From the NCBI GenBank assembly GCA_964016885.1, contig OZ024741.1, forward strand, positions 2,294,001 through 2,358,000: DNA of 64,000 bases. The letters are read 5' to 3'. Shown here one piece after another: positions 42,811 through 55,208 of the stretch (position 1 is its first letter; each line of letters begins with the position of its first letter). A program made the position numbers and the translations under genes. Origin of the DNA: Eledone cirrhosa. Taxonomy: Eukaryota. Below the pieces are notes generated by a model that saw nothing but the letters and a program-made list of their open reading frames with translations, did no database searches and was not told where the DNA came from.

Positions 42811-43014
42811 GTCTAAAGAACAAGGCATTATCTAAATGTTTTCTGGTGGCCATGGCATTAATGTGTCAATAATTGTTTCTACTTTAGGCACAAGGCCAGC
42901 AATTATCTCAGTGCATTACTGGTACTTTATTTTATAATTACAGAGAGAGTGATGTGGAAGACAGACAGAGGAAAGAATTTATGTGATATATATATATATA
43001 TATATATATATCAC

Positions 43015-43158
<144 letters not shown>

Positions 43159-43278
43159 AAATTTAGAAGTTTGCATACACATAAACTAGACAGAGCCATA
43201 GATATATATATATGTGTTTTTGGCAACTGTTCACGATGTGGCTCAATGACGAATTAATTAATTAAATAATCAACAATC

Positions 43279-43345
<67 letters not shown>

Positions 43346-43348
<3 letters not shown>

Positions 43349-44320
43349 AAAAATAAGATAAATCAAAGTGAATTTAATCTAAATCAAAATTATGGGTGTC
43401 ATGCCCGAAAGGCATGCGCCATATCACCCGTAAAATAAGCTCCAAGATTCTAATGAATAGGTCCGAGCATTTTATAACAACTAGAAATTGATTAACATTT
43501 AAATAAACATATGAAACAATCACAGGGGATAATTTTTACAAGTGTGCAAGCACACATAGCTAGGTAGGTAACTAAATAAAGTTAACTAGAACTTCAAAAA
43601 AAGATACCTTATAATATGATTAATCTTTCCTGTATATATTCCATTAAAGAAATATATTTCACCAATTAATCAAATGGAGGCCGATACTTGGATTTTCAAC
43701 AAGGAAGAAGTCCAGCCATCTGTGTTTACGCATTAAGTTCAAATCAGCGACTGGCCAGTAATACGTGCTGTATCTACTAAAAATACACACATCATACCAG
43801 CTTCGTCCCAGTGGCGCATGCCTTTCTGCCATGACACCCATGATTTTGATTTAGATTAAATTCACTTTGATTTATCTTAATTTTGGATATAGATATATAA
43901 ATACGGCTCCTTAATTGTAGAGCTAACTCTGTTGAAAGGACTTGACTGCTGTTTCTAGTTGTCGATAACCCTATTCACGCCACTGGGAAGAAGCTGGTAT
44001 GATGTGTGTATTTTTAGTAGATACAGCACGTGGCCAGTCGCTGATTTGAACTTAATGCGTAAACACAGATGGCTGGACTTCTTCCTTGTTGAAAATCCAA
44101 GTATCGGCCTCCGTGGTTTACCATTTGATTAATTGGTGAAATATATTTCTTTAATGGAATATATACAGGGAAGATTAATCATATTATAAGGTATCTTCTT
44201 TTGAAGTTCTAGTTAACTTTATTTAGTTACCTACCTAGCTATGTGTGCTTACACACTTGTAATAATTATCCCCTGTGATTGTTTCATATGTTTATTTATA
44301 TGTTAATCAATTTCTAGTTG

Positions 44321-44325
<5 letters not shown>
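43346..44325. mobile_element. Interleaved inverted repeats (A-B-A'-B'), pLTR-like, between (TA)n
   Basis: A at 43346-43422 pairs with A' at 43812-43890. B at 43473-43804 pairs with B' at 43990-44325. Confidence 0.8.
44080..44174 (+). ncRNA. Fully paired type I hammerhead with U3-A8 core
   Basis: TCTTCCTTG-TTGAAAA-TCCAA..TTGGT-GAAA-TATATTTC-tttaat-GGAATATA-T-A-CAGGGAAGA gives a 9-bp stem I and a 9-bp stem III. Inverted copy at 43624-43708. Confidence 0.8.
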
Positions 44326-44362
<37 letters not shown>

Positions 44363-44959
44363 TGTTTAAACTTTACTAATGTATTGACTACTTTAAAGGC
44401 TTGCATCATTAACCCACTAAGGTTTCTTAGACATAGCTATAAGTCAGTCACTGGACACCCAAACCCGTCACCGAGCGCTTGGGTGGGGTGGTGTTAGGTC
44501 GGAGGTGGTGTGAGGTCGGAAGTGGTTGTAGGTCGGTGTGAGGACGGAGGTGGTGTTCTCAGTATTACTCTATTTCCCTGTTTTCACCAGTGTCTATGGT
44601 TTTTACTTATAAGTTTATTTTTTGTGTTTTTTTTTTGAGAAGAAAAGTTAATAAACTGAAGATCTTAAGGAACTTATCTTAGAACATTTTTTATAAGGAT
44701 GCGCCATTGAAAAGTAGGAATAATGTCACCCTCTCCTCCCCCACACACGTGGCACCGAGCCTATACTAACAACACACATGGCGGCGGTACTCTCCAAGAT
44801 GAAATACAATTAACTGCCTTCAATGAGCAATCTAACTCAATAGCCTTTTTTTATCCCTTTATCATCACCACCCTTTTGGCATCTCGCGACCCCCATTTTT
44901 GCACCTCGCAACCCCTTATTTGAATATACAGGGTGAGCATAAAGTCTTTCCCTTCTTAT

Positions 44960-45068
44960 CCCACCGAGGTTAACTTTGCCTTTCATCCTTACGGGGTCGA
45001 TAAAATAAAGTACCAGTAATACACTGGTTATTTGCTGGCCTTGTGCCAAAAGTAGAAACAATTATTAC
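44960..45068 (+). mobile_element. 5'-truncated tRNA-derived SINE
   Basis: Family core and 3' end. Confidence 0.85.
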
Positions 45069-45436
45069 TGAAAGTTACAACTACTTCCTGTAGAAGAGAA
45101 AATGTAAAACATGTTCAGAAAAACTTTAAACTTTAAATTTATAAATTAAATCAATGAATAACTAAAATCCCAGACAGCGACTGAAATATGGTATCTTATA
45201 GTCAGGGAAAGAGTTTATGGTCAGCCTGTATATTAATAAATATTGATTGCTTTCTGGAGATGGTGGTGAGTTAGTAAACTGCTGTGGTCATTATATTTCA
45301 TATTACTTTATAATTTTATCATTTTACATTTTACTAGATTTCTCCCTTGCGACCCATTTCAAATATATACATTTGACATTTGATGGGTGATATGGCGCAT
45401 GATTCTGATATTCTCAGACATAACATCCTTAATTAA

Positions 45437-45523
<87 letters not shown>

Positions 45524-45584
45524 TAACAGATTAAAGTTTAAGCAAAGATTTTGTCTATCTATCTATCTACCTATATATATATAT

Positions 45585-45771
45585 CGAAGGAAATGTGGTA
45601 TGGAACCAGGTGGACCATAACGCACCAAAGTACTCAATACTTAGGGTAGTAGAGTGGGTAATAGGAACGAGTAGGACCCCGACGGCTGAGCTCAAGCCGT
45701 TTCGACGGCTAATTCTGGACTGAATTAGCCGTCGAAACGACTTGAGCTCAGCCGTCGGAGTCCTACTCGTT

Positions 45772-45775
<4 letters not shown>
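45585..45775 (-). mobile_element. Short palindromic PLE-pLTR element, family A
   Basis: Fold-back centre TCTGGACTGAATT. Confidence 0.85.
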
Positions 45776-45856
<81 letters not shown>

Positions 45857-46751
45857 CAGGAAAGAAGGTTGATATGGTTTGCTATACAAAAAAGGTTTTT
45901 AATCTCATAGCTGACAATTGTTTCTCTGAACTGGTAGGTCTAGAGATCGCTTGTTTTCACGTTACTCGATCGCCAATACAAAATTATAACCAGTCGGAGC
46001 ATGCGAGAATGAAGAGAATACACAAGCAAGAAAAGAATATACAGGCTACTATATGAAGTAGTAATGGCATTCAGTTAGAACAATAACAACAATTACAACA
46101 ATGCTATTAATAAATTATTTGAGGAGACCCTGACATTACTTAGGTGGGGGGTATAGTGTATCTAAGATTTCGGCGTGTAAAACTAGCTGTCATGAGGCAG
46201 AAGTAAAAGTTTGGCATGTACAGAGTATCGAAGTGTGTATCAATTTTAAATTATAAAGATAAGCCAGTGTTTACAGTCTTTCTTTTCATCTTCAATAGTA
46301 TACATGAGTGGGACAACACTGTCAAAGCTAAATAGTTGTTGAGTTAATACAGAGGTTAAGGAGGTAATATACGCATATATTTATACACACACACACACAC
46401 ACACACACACATACTCACACATATATATATATACACATGCATGTGTACATAGACACATACATACACATCAATATACACTCGTACAAAAATATACATACAT
46501 GCAAAGAGATGAGCGTGCTAATTGTAATTATGGCAAAAGGAAGGTAAAGTTACATTGTAGTAGTGATTTGAGAAAAACTAGGATTTAGGATCAAATGATG
46601 GCAGCAGCTGAGAAGGAATAAATTTGTGGGTTGATGAGGTACTTACAGACATTTGTGTGGTATAGACTTGTGAAGGCTAGAGTATATTTAATGAGTATAT
46701 TTCTGTGGGAAGTGGGTATCCTAATTTAAATCTATGTTGTGTTGGTTCGAT

Positions 46752-49154
46752 TCACGGAGGTTTGAATCTTATGAATTTAGTGGCAATTCTATGTCTGCAG
46801 AAGATAGATCTTTCTAACTTATTGTTAAGTAGCCTTTTTACATTTTTGAGGATATACATTAGTTCAAGATCACATAGCCCGCAGTGGGACATACCTGTAC
46901 TATAGGTTTTAGCAGCCGACAACTTCGACCAGTTAATACTGTAGTTAGTGCTGCTGTCCTTCAGTTCCCATATTTTTTTGGCGAGGGTTGTGGAACCCAT
47001 AAGTGCACGGTTTTTCATTGAGTGCTTGTGCACATACCATCTTTTTTTAAAAGAAACCGCGGTGGATCCTATGTAATTCCAGGTGGAGTTATCCGAGATG
47101 ACCGTGCACATATATACTAGGCTCGAATCGAGACATCTGTTCGCCAATGGGCACCTATCTGGTAGGTGACAGTTACAGTTTGAGGCGCTATTATGTGCAG
47201 CTTTTACATTCCTGTTTAGTACTCTGTTATAAGTGGGTAGTGATATATGCCCAATGGGGTTTTGCTGCTGCGCGTTTGTATGCGCTTGCGGTTGTGATGT
47301 TGTGATGTGTTTATGCTTATAATTTTGTGCTACGTTATGTATAGGTGCAGTTGATTTACTAGAGATATTTCTGTGGTTGATCTTGCGTATGTGTGATTCT
47401 ATGTTTGCTGCTGTTGAGTATGAGAGTTTTATAGTAAATCTATTAAGTATTTTGTGATATCTATGCGAGATAGGGAAGTGTTTATATATTAGTTTAAAGA
47501 ATGTAGAGGGCAGTCTAGTTTTTATAGAGGAGTTGAATATTGGGTTGAACCATAGGTATTTTCCTTGTCTGTTTCTTCTATTGTTTCTTGGGTTTACGTT
47601 ATTAGTGTTTTGACCGTTTACTCCAAGTGTTACGTTTCTAACCCTATGTCTAGTCAAGCTATTTCTATTATTATGTGAGCGGTTGGTGTAGTAATTACTA
47701 GGATTGATTACGTTGTCCTTATTCACTATATACTGCAGTTTATCTTTATGACCGGCCCTACGTAATGCTGCATTATAATAGTCAGCATGCTCGTTAAAGA
47801 TTTCTACGTTTGAGGATAAGCGGGATATTCGGAGGGATATACTACGTGCTATGGATCTAATTATGGATTTGGGGTGGTTTGAGTTGTAACTAATGTAGGA
47901 AAGATTTTCATTATTTTTGTGGAAAGGTTCTATTAATCCAGTATTTAGATTTAGAGTCACATCTAGAAAATTTACCTTCTTATGGTTCAGTTCGTAGGTA
48001 ATACTTAGGCCTAGTTTTTTGAAGAATATTCTAATATTTTTTATTAGTCTTTCCATGCTCTGGTTGTTTAGGTTCCTAGCTATAAGTAGCGTGTCTTCCC
48101 TATAAATTCCTCCTTGGAGGTTACTGAATTCCTTATGTAGGTTGTGTGCTATGAATAGCCCCACGATATCTGTGATTTGCGCAGAATCATTTGATCCCAT
48201 TGTTATATCGAAGCTATTTATTCTATCCTTTCTTACCCAGTAGCTATTTTCAAATTTTATGATAGTCCTTCTAGCCGCTATTATTATTTCAATTTCATCA
48301 TGGGTAAGATCAGAGTTATTTTGGGCAAATATAAGCGCCTTATCTAGGGTAGCTGGGGATATGGATGCATAGTAGTCGTCTATATAAAATTGTATGAAGT
48401 TACACGTCTCCCTATTTTGTATTTTATTGAACCATTTAATTGCCTCGTTAGTGTTGCCCCATAAATTGATTTCTAGTTTACCCTTTATTTGTGTGATTAC
48501 CCTATCTAGAATGTTCTTGCTAATTTTACCTATGTCTGACTTGGATGGGCATATTAATCTAATGGTGGGGTTAGTTTCAAAGTTATTTTTGTGATCCTTC
48601 AGGTTAAATGTTGGGTTGCACGGGGTTAGCGGTTCGGTCCTATCTGGAATTCCGAGTTTATTAACTATCTTGAGGCCCTCCACGTTAATGCTGGTGAGTG
48701 TAGATTCATTTGTTTTTTTATATTTTTTATGTAGTTCACGCTGGATAAAGCTATTGTATGTGTTAATGTCCATAGAGTATACGTTTGATGTTTTGTCTGC
48801 TTTTACTATGATACCGTTAGTGTCTTTTAGTTTTTTTAGTAGTGTATTTAAGTCATTTTGTAATTTGTTGTGATTTGTTCCTTTTTTAAATTTAGTTTCA
48901 CTTATCATGTTCATAAGGTCCAGCTCGAAGGCATCGAGTGCGGGGTTGTTTGGCGGATTTTTGCAGGATTTAAACCCGTAATTCTCCTTAGAAAATTCCT
49001 TTGCGTTGGTATTCGGTCCCTTATCGAAATGGTAAGCTTTCCATCGGACCCTGCGGATGAAATCATTAGTCCGTCGTATCATGCCCAGCGTATAGTCCTT
49101 TTTTGTAGGTATAGGTATATTTTTCAGTGACATACCTATACGGTGCTTCTCCAT
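46752..49154 (-). CDS. Penelope-like retroelement ORF, 800 aa: RT plus C-terminal GIY-YIG endonuclease (Hydra-clade-like)
   Basis: Uninterrupted ORF with SLKNIPIP, KADKT, LKDHK, RLICPSKSDIG, ITMGS..AQITDIVG, VNFLD, CNCHLPDRCPL..C, LVY..YIGST..FKKRW..H, CGLCDLE, LLN. The element (~45853-49272) is bounded by (TA)n. Confidence 0.95.
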   Translation of the reverse strand: MEKHRIGMSLKNIPIPTKKDYTLGMIRRTNDFIRRVRWKAYHFDKGPNTNAKEFSKENYGFKSCKNPPNNPALDAFELDLMNMISETKFKKGTNHNKLQNDLNTLLKKLKDTNGIIVKADKTSNVYSMDINTYNSFIQRELHKKYKKTNESTLTSINVEGLKIVNKLGIPDRTEPLTPCNPTFNLKDHKNNFETNPTIRLICPSKSDIGKISKNILDRVITQIKGKLEINLWGNTNEAIKWFNKIQNRETCNFIQFYIDDYYASISPATLDKALIFAQNNSDLTHDEIEIIIAARRTIIKFENSYWVRKDRINSFDITMGSNDSAQITDIVGLFIAHNLHKEFSNLQGGIYREDTLLIARNLNNQSMERLIKNIRIFFKKLGLSITYELNHKKVNFLDVTLNLNTGLIEPFHKNNENLSYISYNSNHPKSIIRSIARSISLRISRLSSNVEIFNEHADYYNAALRRAGHKDKLQYIVNKDNVINPSNYYTNRSHNNRNSLTRHRVRNVTLGVNGQNTNNVNPRNNRRNRQGKYLWFNPIFNSSIKTRLPSTFFKLIYKHFPISHRYHKILNRFTIKLSYSTAANIESHIRKINHRNISSKSTAPIHNVAQNYKHKHITTSQPQAHTNAQQQNPIGHISLPTYNRVLNRNVKAAHNSASNCNCHLPDRCPLANRCLDSSLVYMCTVISDNSTWNYIGSTAVSFKKRWYVHKHSMKNRALMGSTTLAKKIWELKDSSTNYSINWSKLSAAKTYSTGMSHCGLCDLELMYILKNVKRLLNNKLERSIFCRHRIATKFIRFKPP

Positions 49155-49419
49155 GTTGCAGAATAGAGGCGGTAGAAAACAGTTAGACTGTTACCCACCA
49201 AAATACTCGATACTTGGGGTAATAGACTGGGTAGTATGAAAAATGAAAAATTCAGGACCCCGAATTTTTCATATATATATATGCCTCCGTAAACAATAAC
49301 TCTCTACTTGAGTGGACCACGGTGCCCAAATCCTTATTTGAAAGACTTCGCCAAGTGGTGCTATTAAGTTAGACATGGCCTGGGCCAATACTGGCCGAAA
49401 TCCATCAAAGTTATCAAAG

Positions 49420-49497
<78 letters not shown>

Positions 49498-51694
49498 CTG
49501 AAAGATCCTTAAGCCTACGCAAAAACCAAAAGGACTATCCGGAATATTTATGCTTAAAAGTGACAAGTTGTGATATATTTGTAAGTTGCTAGAGGTTCTA
49601 AAACTGGAGTTTATTTCACTTGAAATGGCAGGAATAACACAGCACTTTATTCTTTCTACTCCAAAACGGATTTAAAATGATGAAGGTGAGTGAGCGTGAA
49701 GCTAGACACTTTGTTGTATCACCTGGTTGTTCTCAAACTCTATAAGGACAGTGATTGTGACTCGTACCATCCTAGCCTCTAATTTATTCTCTCTCAGTGA
49801 TACAGTGGTGTTCATTCGATTTGATCCAACCGCCTACCACTTAATTCACTTTAGATAAGGCTTAGTTAGTGCCTCGACAGAAGAAATCCTTACATTTTAC
49901 ACGGCTCAAATGACACAAATGAAAATGTAGTCGATTATACATTTATATATAGTCTTTATTTAGCGATATTTTCTAATATAAAACAACGGAAGAGAATTTT
50001 CTCAGCTTCTCAAATAGCCTCCTCTAAAAGTGTTGACATATCGATTTCTTGTGCTGCATACATTCCTCAATATATAAATACTGACATAGAAGACAACTGA
50101 ATACCTTTTCTTTCAATAAATCAACTTACCGCTGCACTCAAAAGTATCAGATGATAAATAACTGTCATGTTCATTATTTCTATTATTTCTTGTGACTCGG
50201 TAAACATACAGTTGGTGATGGTGGTGGTGGTGATGGTGGTGATGGTGGTGATGGTGGTGATGGTGGTGGTGGTGTAGTGGTGGTGGTGTAGAGGTGATGG
50301 TGGTGGTGATGGTGGTGTAGTGGTGGTGGTGATGGTGGTGTAGCGGTGATGGTGGTGGTGGTGTAGTGGTGGTGGTGGAATGGTGATGGTGGTGTTGTGG
50401 TGATGGTGGTGGTGATGGTGGTGGTGGGGGTGGTGGTGATGGTGATGGTGGTGATGGTGGTGGTGGTGATGGTGGTGATGGTGATGGTGGTGATGGTGGT
50501 GATGGTGGTGTAGTGGTGGTGGTGTAGTGGTGATGGTGGTGGTGATGGTGGTGTAGTGGTGGTGGTGTAGTGGTAATGGTGGTGGTGGTGGTGGTGTAGT
50601 GGTGATGGTAGTGGTGGTGGTTGTGGTGGTGGTGGTGGTGGTGGTGATGGTGGTGGTGGTGGTGATGGTGGTGGTGGTGATGGTGGTGGTGGCGGTAGTG
50701 GTGGTGGTGGTGGTGGCGGTAGTGGTGGTGGTGGTGGTGTTGGTGCTAGTGGTGGTGGTGATGGTGGTGGTTGTGGTGGTGATGGTGGTGGTGGTAGTGG
50801 TGGTGGTGGTGTAGTGGTGGTGGTGGTTGTGGTGATGGTGATGGGATTGAAAGTTTATATAACCTCCTCCTGTATTATATTCCCAGTCACATTTAAGATG
50901 CTTTATAGGTATATTATCAAATCGTTCCCAGTATTTGACTGGTACTTTGTTTTACTGACTCCACGGTTTACCTCAGCAGAATTTGAACTGACAACCTCAA
51001 ATCTTATAAAAGACATTTAGTTGAATTTTCTGCTGTTCAGCCCAACTTTAACTTGGACTAAAAAGAACTAAAGCCCTGCAGCCATGACCATCCCGTCTTA
51101 TGGTGGACAAAGCTGAGGACATATACTTTTATCTGTAGCCAAATCCTTATTAATTTCACTTGAAAAGGCAAGTATGAAGAAGGAGGCCCCACCCTCCAGT
51201 GTTTGAGACTATGGCCCCACAGACTTCACCTATAGACCAGAGAACAACACGTGTTGTAGAGAGGATAATCTGTGAGTTTCCCCTGGCCCCAGGGGACTCT
51301 CACCATATTGTAACAGTTCAGTTTATTACTATATAGTTCTTTATATATCTCTCCTCCTGCCAGTGACTCGACTATTACCTTGTAACAACCACCACCACCA
51401 CCGCCACTGCCACCGTCACCACCACCGCCACCGCCTGTAACGACGACGACGACCACCGCCACCGCCTGTAACGACTATCACCACCGCCTGTAACAACCAC
51501 CGCCACCACCACCACCAACACCGCCTGTAACGACCACCACCACCACCGCCACCGCTACCACCACCGCCACCACCACCACCACCACCACCACCACCACCAC
51601 CGCCACCTGTAACAACCACCACCACTGCCACCTGTAACACCGCCGCCCTTATGATATAAAACGATTATTGTTATTATTTACATCCCGATAAGAG

Positions 51695-52400
51695 CGGTGG
51701 ATAGGCAGAATCGGTGGAGTGCTGGACAACATGCACTGTGGCATAGAGTTACGTCCCTTTATTTTCGGCGTTGAAATCCCGCCGAGGTTAGCTTTGCCTT
51801 TTATCATTACGAGGTCGATAAAATAAAGTACCAGTAATGTACTGGAGTCGATTTAATCGAGCCCCCCCCCCCTCAAAATTACTGGCCTTGTGTCTAAATC
51901 AGAAACCATTATTATATCCCAGAGGGTGGTGGGTTGGCAGTATCGGTAGAGGGTCAGACGCCATGCGTTGACGCAAAGAGTTACGTCCCTTTACGGTCTG
52001 AGTTCAAATCCCGCCGAGGTTAACTTTGCCTTTCATCCTTACGGAGTCGATAAAATATAGGCACAAGGCCAGTAATTTTTTTTTTTTTGGGGGGGGGGGG
52101 GGTTGATTAAATCAACCCCAGTACATTACTGGTACTTTATTTTATCGACTCCGTAAGGATGAAAGGCAAAGTTGGGTATTTGCTGGTCTTGTGCCAAAAG
52201 TAGGAACCATTATTACATCCCAGAGGATAGTGGATGTGCAGAATCGGTAGAGCCTCGAGGAAGATGCCTTGTGCTGGTGGGCTCTGCTTTATTACCTTCT
52301 GATTTCGAACCTGACTGGGGTCAACTTTATCTTTTATAAATCTGGGTTTGATAAAAGTCAGAAACTGGTGGTCGGGCTTAATTGACTGGGGGAGACTCCC
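51695..52400. mobile_element. Cluster of four tRNA-derived SINE copies or fragments (+,+,-,+)
   Basis: Copies at ~51695-51912, 51920-52060, 52060-52175 (inverted) and 52180-52400. Confidence 0.8.
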
Positions 52401-52758
52401 CCAATAAAATAAGGGGTTAGAAAATAGAGAAATTAACAAGATATCTCGAAAGGGTTCTGCCGTAAATATGTGTTTGTGTATGTGTGTATGTGTAGACATT
52501 TTTAATCCTTCATTTTTGTTAATATTTTGTTTGTGTTTTGTTGATCTTCGATATATTTGTTGTTGTTTTATTGTTGTTGTTTTATATTTTTTATGAAGAC
52601 ATCAGAATAATTTAAAGGAAGAATTATTCGACAAAATAAATATACAAATAGATATATAAATATATAAATATATAAATATAAATATATAAATGTATAAATG
52701 TATATATAAATATATAAATCGTTTAGAGAGTTTTTTTATATCGATGTTTTGACGGGCA

Positions 52759-52879
52759 TCCACTGATGAGTTATAAGTGCCCACCTGCATATATTCCTAC
52801 GGAATGTGTGCAGGCTTCTACATAACCCGGACACATTCTCCCAACTTGTAGAAAACTTATAATGAAACAATTGTTTGGA
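52759..52879 (+). ncRNA. Hammerhead with branched stem II
   Basis: TCCA-CTGATGA-GTTATAAG-[two hairpins]-CTTATAAT-GAAA-CAATTG-TT-TGGA. Confidence 0.8.
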
Positions 52880-53054
52880 AATAGAGATATATTTTAATTA
52901 TGACTCATATAAAATAATACAACTGGCCTTCCGAAAAATACATATAGTAAGCACCCTAAACGCAAAATTGGGATTATACTAAGGTATATCCTAATGTTTG
53001 TTGAGTGAGATGGAAGCCAGTCAGAGTAATAGCTTAAAGCTTTCTCTGTTAATG

Positions 53055-53099
<45 letters not shown>

Positions 53100-53155
53100 T
53101 ATAGATAGGTAGATAAATATATAAATATATAAATATATAAATAAATATATTAATG

Positions 53156-53259
<104 letters not shown>

Positions 53260-53740
53260 AATGATAAACAAGTAAATAAATGTAGAAAAATAAATATATA
53301 AATAAATAAGAATAAAAACGTCAACTTAAAAAGTCAAAGTAAAAAATAACTGGTGCCAAAAAAAAAAAGAAGTTAAAATTAATGATAAAAAATATAACAA
53401 AGAAAACATTTTTTTCAAATAACGGGAAAAGTAAAACAAAAGAACAAGAAAGAAACCAAAACAAGAAGCGGTGTCAGCGTTAAATCTTGTTAAAACATCG
53501 TTTTGTGAGGATGAACTAATTAAGGGAGATAATCCTGGAAAGGAAAAAATAGGGGGGGGGGGCGAATGAAAAAAAGACGAACAATGATAATAAAAACGAC
53601 AGAGGGAGAGAAATAAGAGTTTATTGCTAAATACAGAAATATTTTCAAAATTAAATGTAATGTTAAACACACACGTGCATATGCACGTGTGCGCCTAACA
53701 TTACATTTTGTTATGTCAATATTTATAAAACAAACTTTGC

Positions 53741-53799
53741 ATTTTATCTGATGAGGGCGTACCAAAGTGTTGGTATCCTTGAAATATATATAATAGAAT
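53741..53799 (+). ncRNA. Minimal type I hammerhead ribozyme
   Basis: ATTTTAT-CTGATGA-GGGCGTACCAA..TTGGTATCCTT-GAAA-TATATA-TA-ATAGAAT. Tail motif TCGAATGCTT at 53868-53877. Confidence 0.82.
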
Positions 53800-53936
53800 A
53801 AATATGGTTTTATAAATATAGTTTCCATTTATTTAATATCATTGAATATTATACTCCAGAAAACTTGTCGAATGCTTTGAATCAGTTATAAACATTTATA
53901 TTTGTTGAATTACCAACAAATTAAATATCCCTTTTG

Positions 53937-54011
<75 letters not shown>

Positions 54012-54177
54012 TTAACATTACATATATATATATATATATATAAGAGTATAAAATGGAAAACGAAGAATCAGTGATGCATCACTGATTCTTCGTTTTCCAT
54101 TTTATCATACTCTGCTCCGAAGGAGCATAGAGTGCTCAACCGGCATACCTCCTATGGACGCATCCAAGCAACCATAC

Positions 54178-54242
<65 letters not shown>

Positions 54243-54268
54243 GCACTTAAATATAACCACACACATAC

Positions 54269-54300
<32 letters not shown>

Positions 54301-54328
54301 GTATGTATGCCTATATCCACATGTCTAT

Positions 54329-54397
<69 letters not shown>

Positions 54398-54745
54398 TAT
54401 ACACATCTATATATATATATAAATATATATATATGTATGTGTGTGTGTGTGTGTGTTTTTAAGCATGTTTGGGGGAAGGGTTAAAAATAAAAATATATAT
54501 AAAGAAAAATAAGAGGAAAAAATAAGTACGGAAAATGTAAGGCAATAAATAACTTTAATAAATAAATAAATGTTGAAAAGAGCGTAAGAAAGGGCTTTAG
54601 CTAAGAAACAGCAAGTTATGTAGCTGGAGGCCATTGATAAAGATATCTCTCTTGACTTGTTTGCTGGGCTTCATCGAAATCTAAATACATTTCCATATTT
54701 AGACTAGTGGATTATATGTATATATTTATATATATATATATATAT

Positions 54746-54808
<63 letters not shown>

Positions 54809-54976
54809 TTAAAATAGCGTAGTATTTAAAACATTCAAACATTAACTAATTGAGTACTCAATACTGATGAGTAGAGTGTAGAAATATATTTCCAAAAAGA
54901 AAAATGACAGTGACTTTGAAGTTTCAGCTTGATAGCTTCAGCTGTCTATTTATCTATCTACACACACACACACACG

Positions 54977-55067
<91 letters not shown>

Positions 55068-55142
55068 CAAATCAACTTTTTAAATGGAAGTTGAAGTTGT
55101 AAGGTATGTCAAATCTATCTATTTATAAGACTGTTTATATTG

Positions 55143-55208
55143 TATTTTGTCTGATGAAGGCATACCATATTTTTAATATGATATCCCTGAAATATATATA
55201 ATGAAATA
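55143..55208 (+). ncRNA. Minimal type I hammerhead ribozyme (paralogue of 53741)
   Basis: TATTTTGT-CTGATGA-AGG..CCT-GAAA-TATATA-TA-ATGAAATA. Tail motif TTGAGTGCTT at 55271-55280. Confidence 0.8.

Noticed and set aside
41355-42853. Three 479-496 aa ORFs (WSPTSGHQPVVTNQ)n
   Set aside because: All three minus-strand frames are open because the 14-bp unit lacks stops. It is a TIR-derived satellite.
54905-54946. Hammerhead-like GACAG-CTGA-AGCT..AGCT-GAAA-CTTCAAAG-TC on the minus strand
   Set aside because: The core lacks three nucleotides (NGA). At best a decayed copy, so not called.
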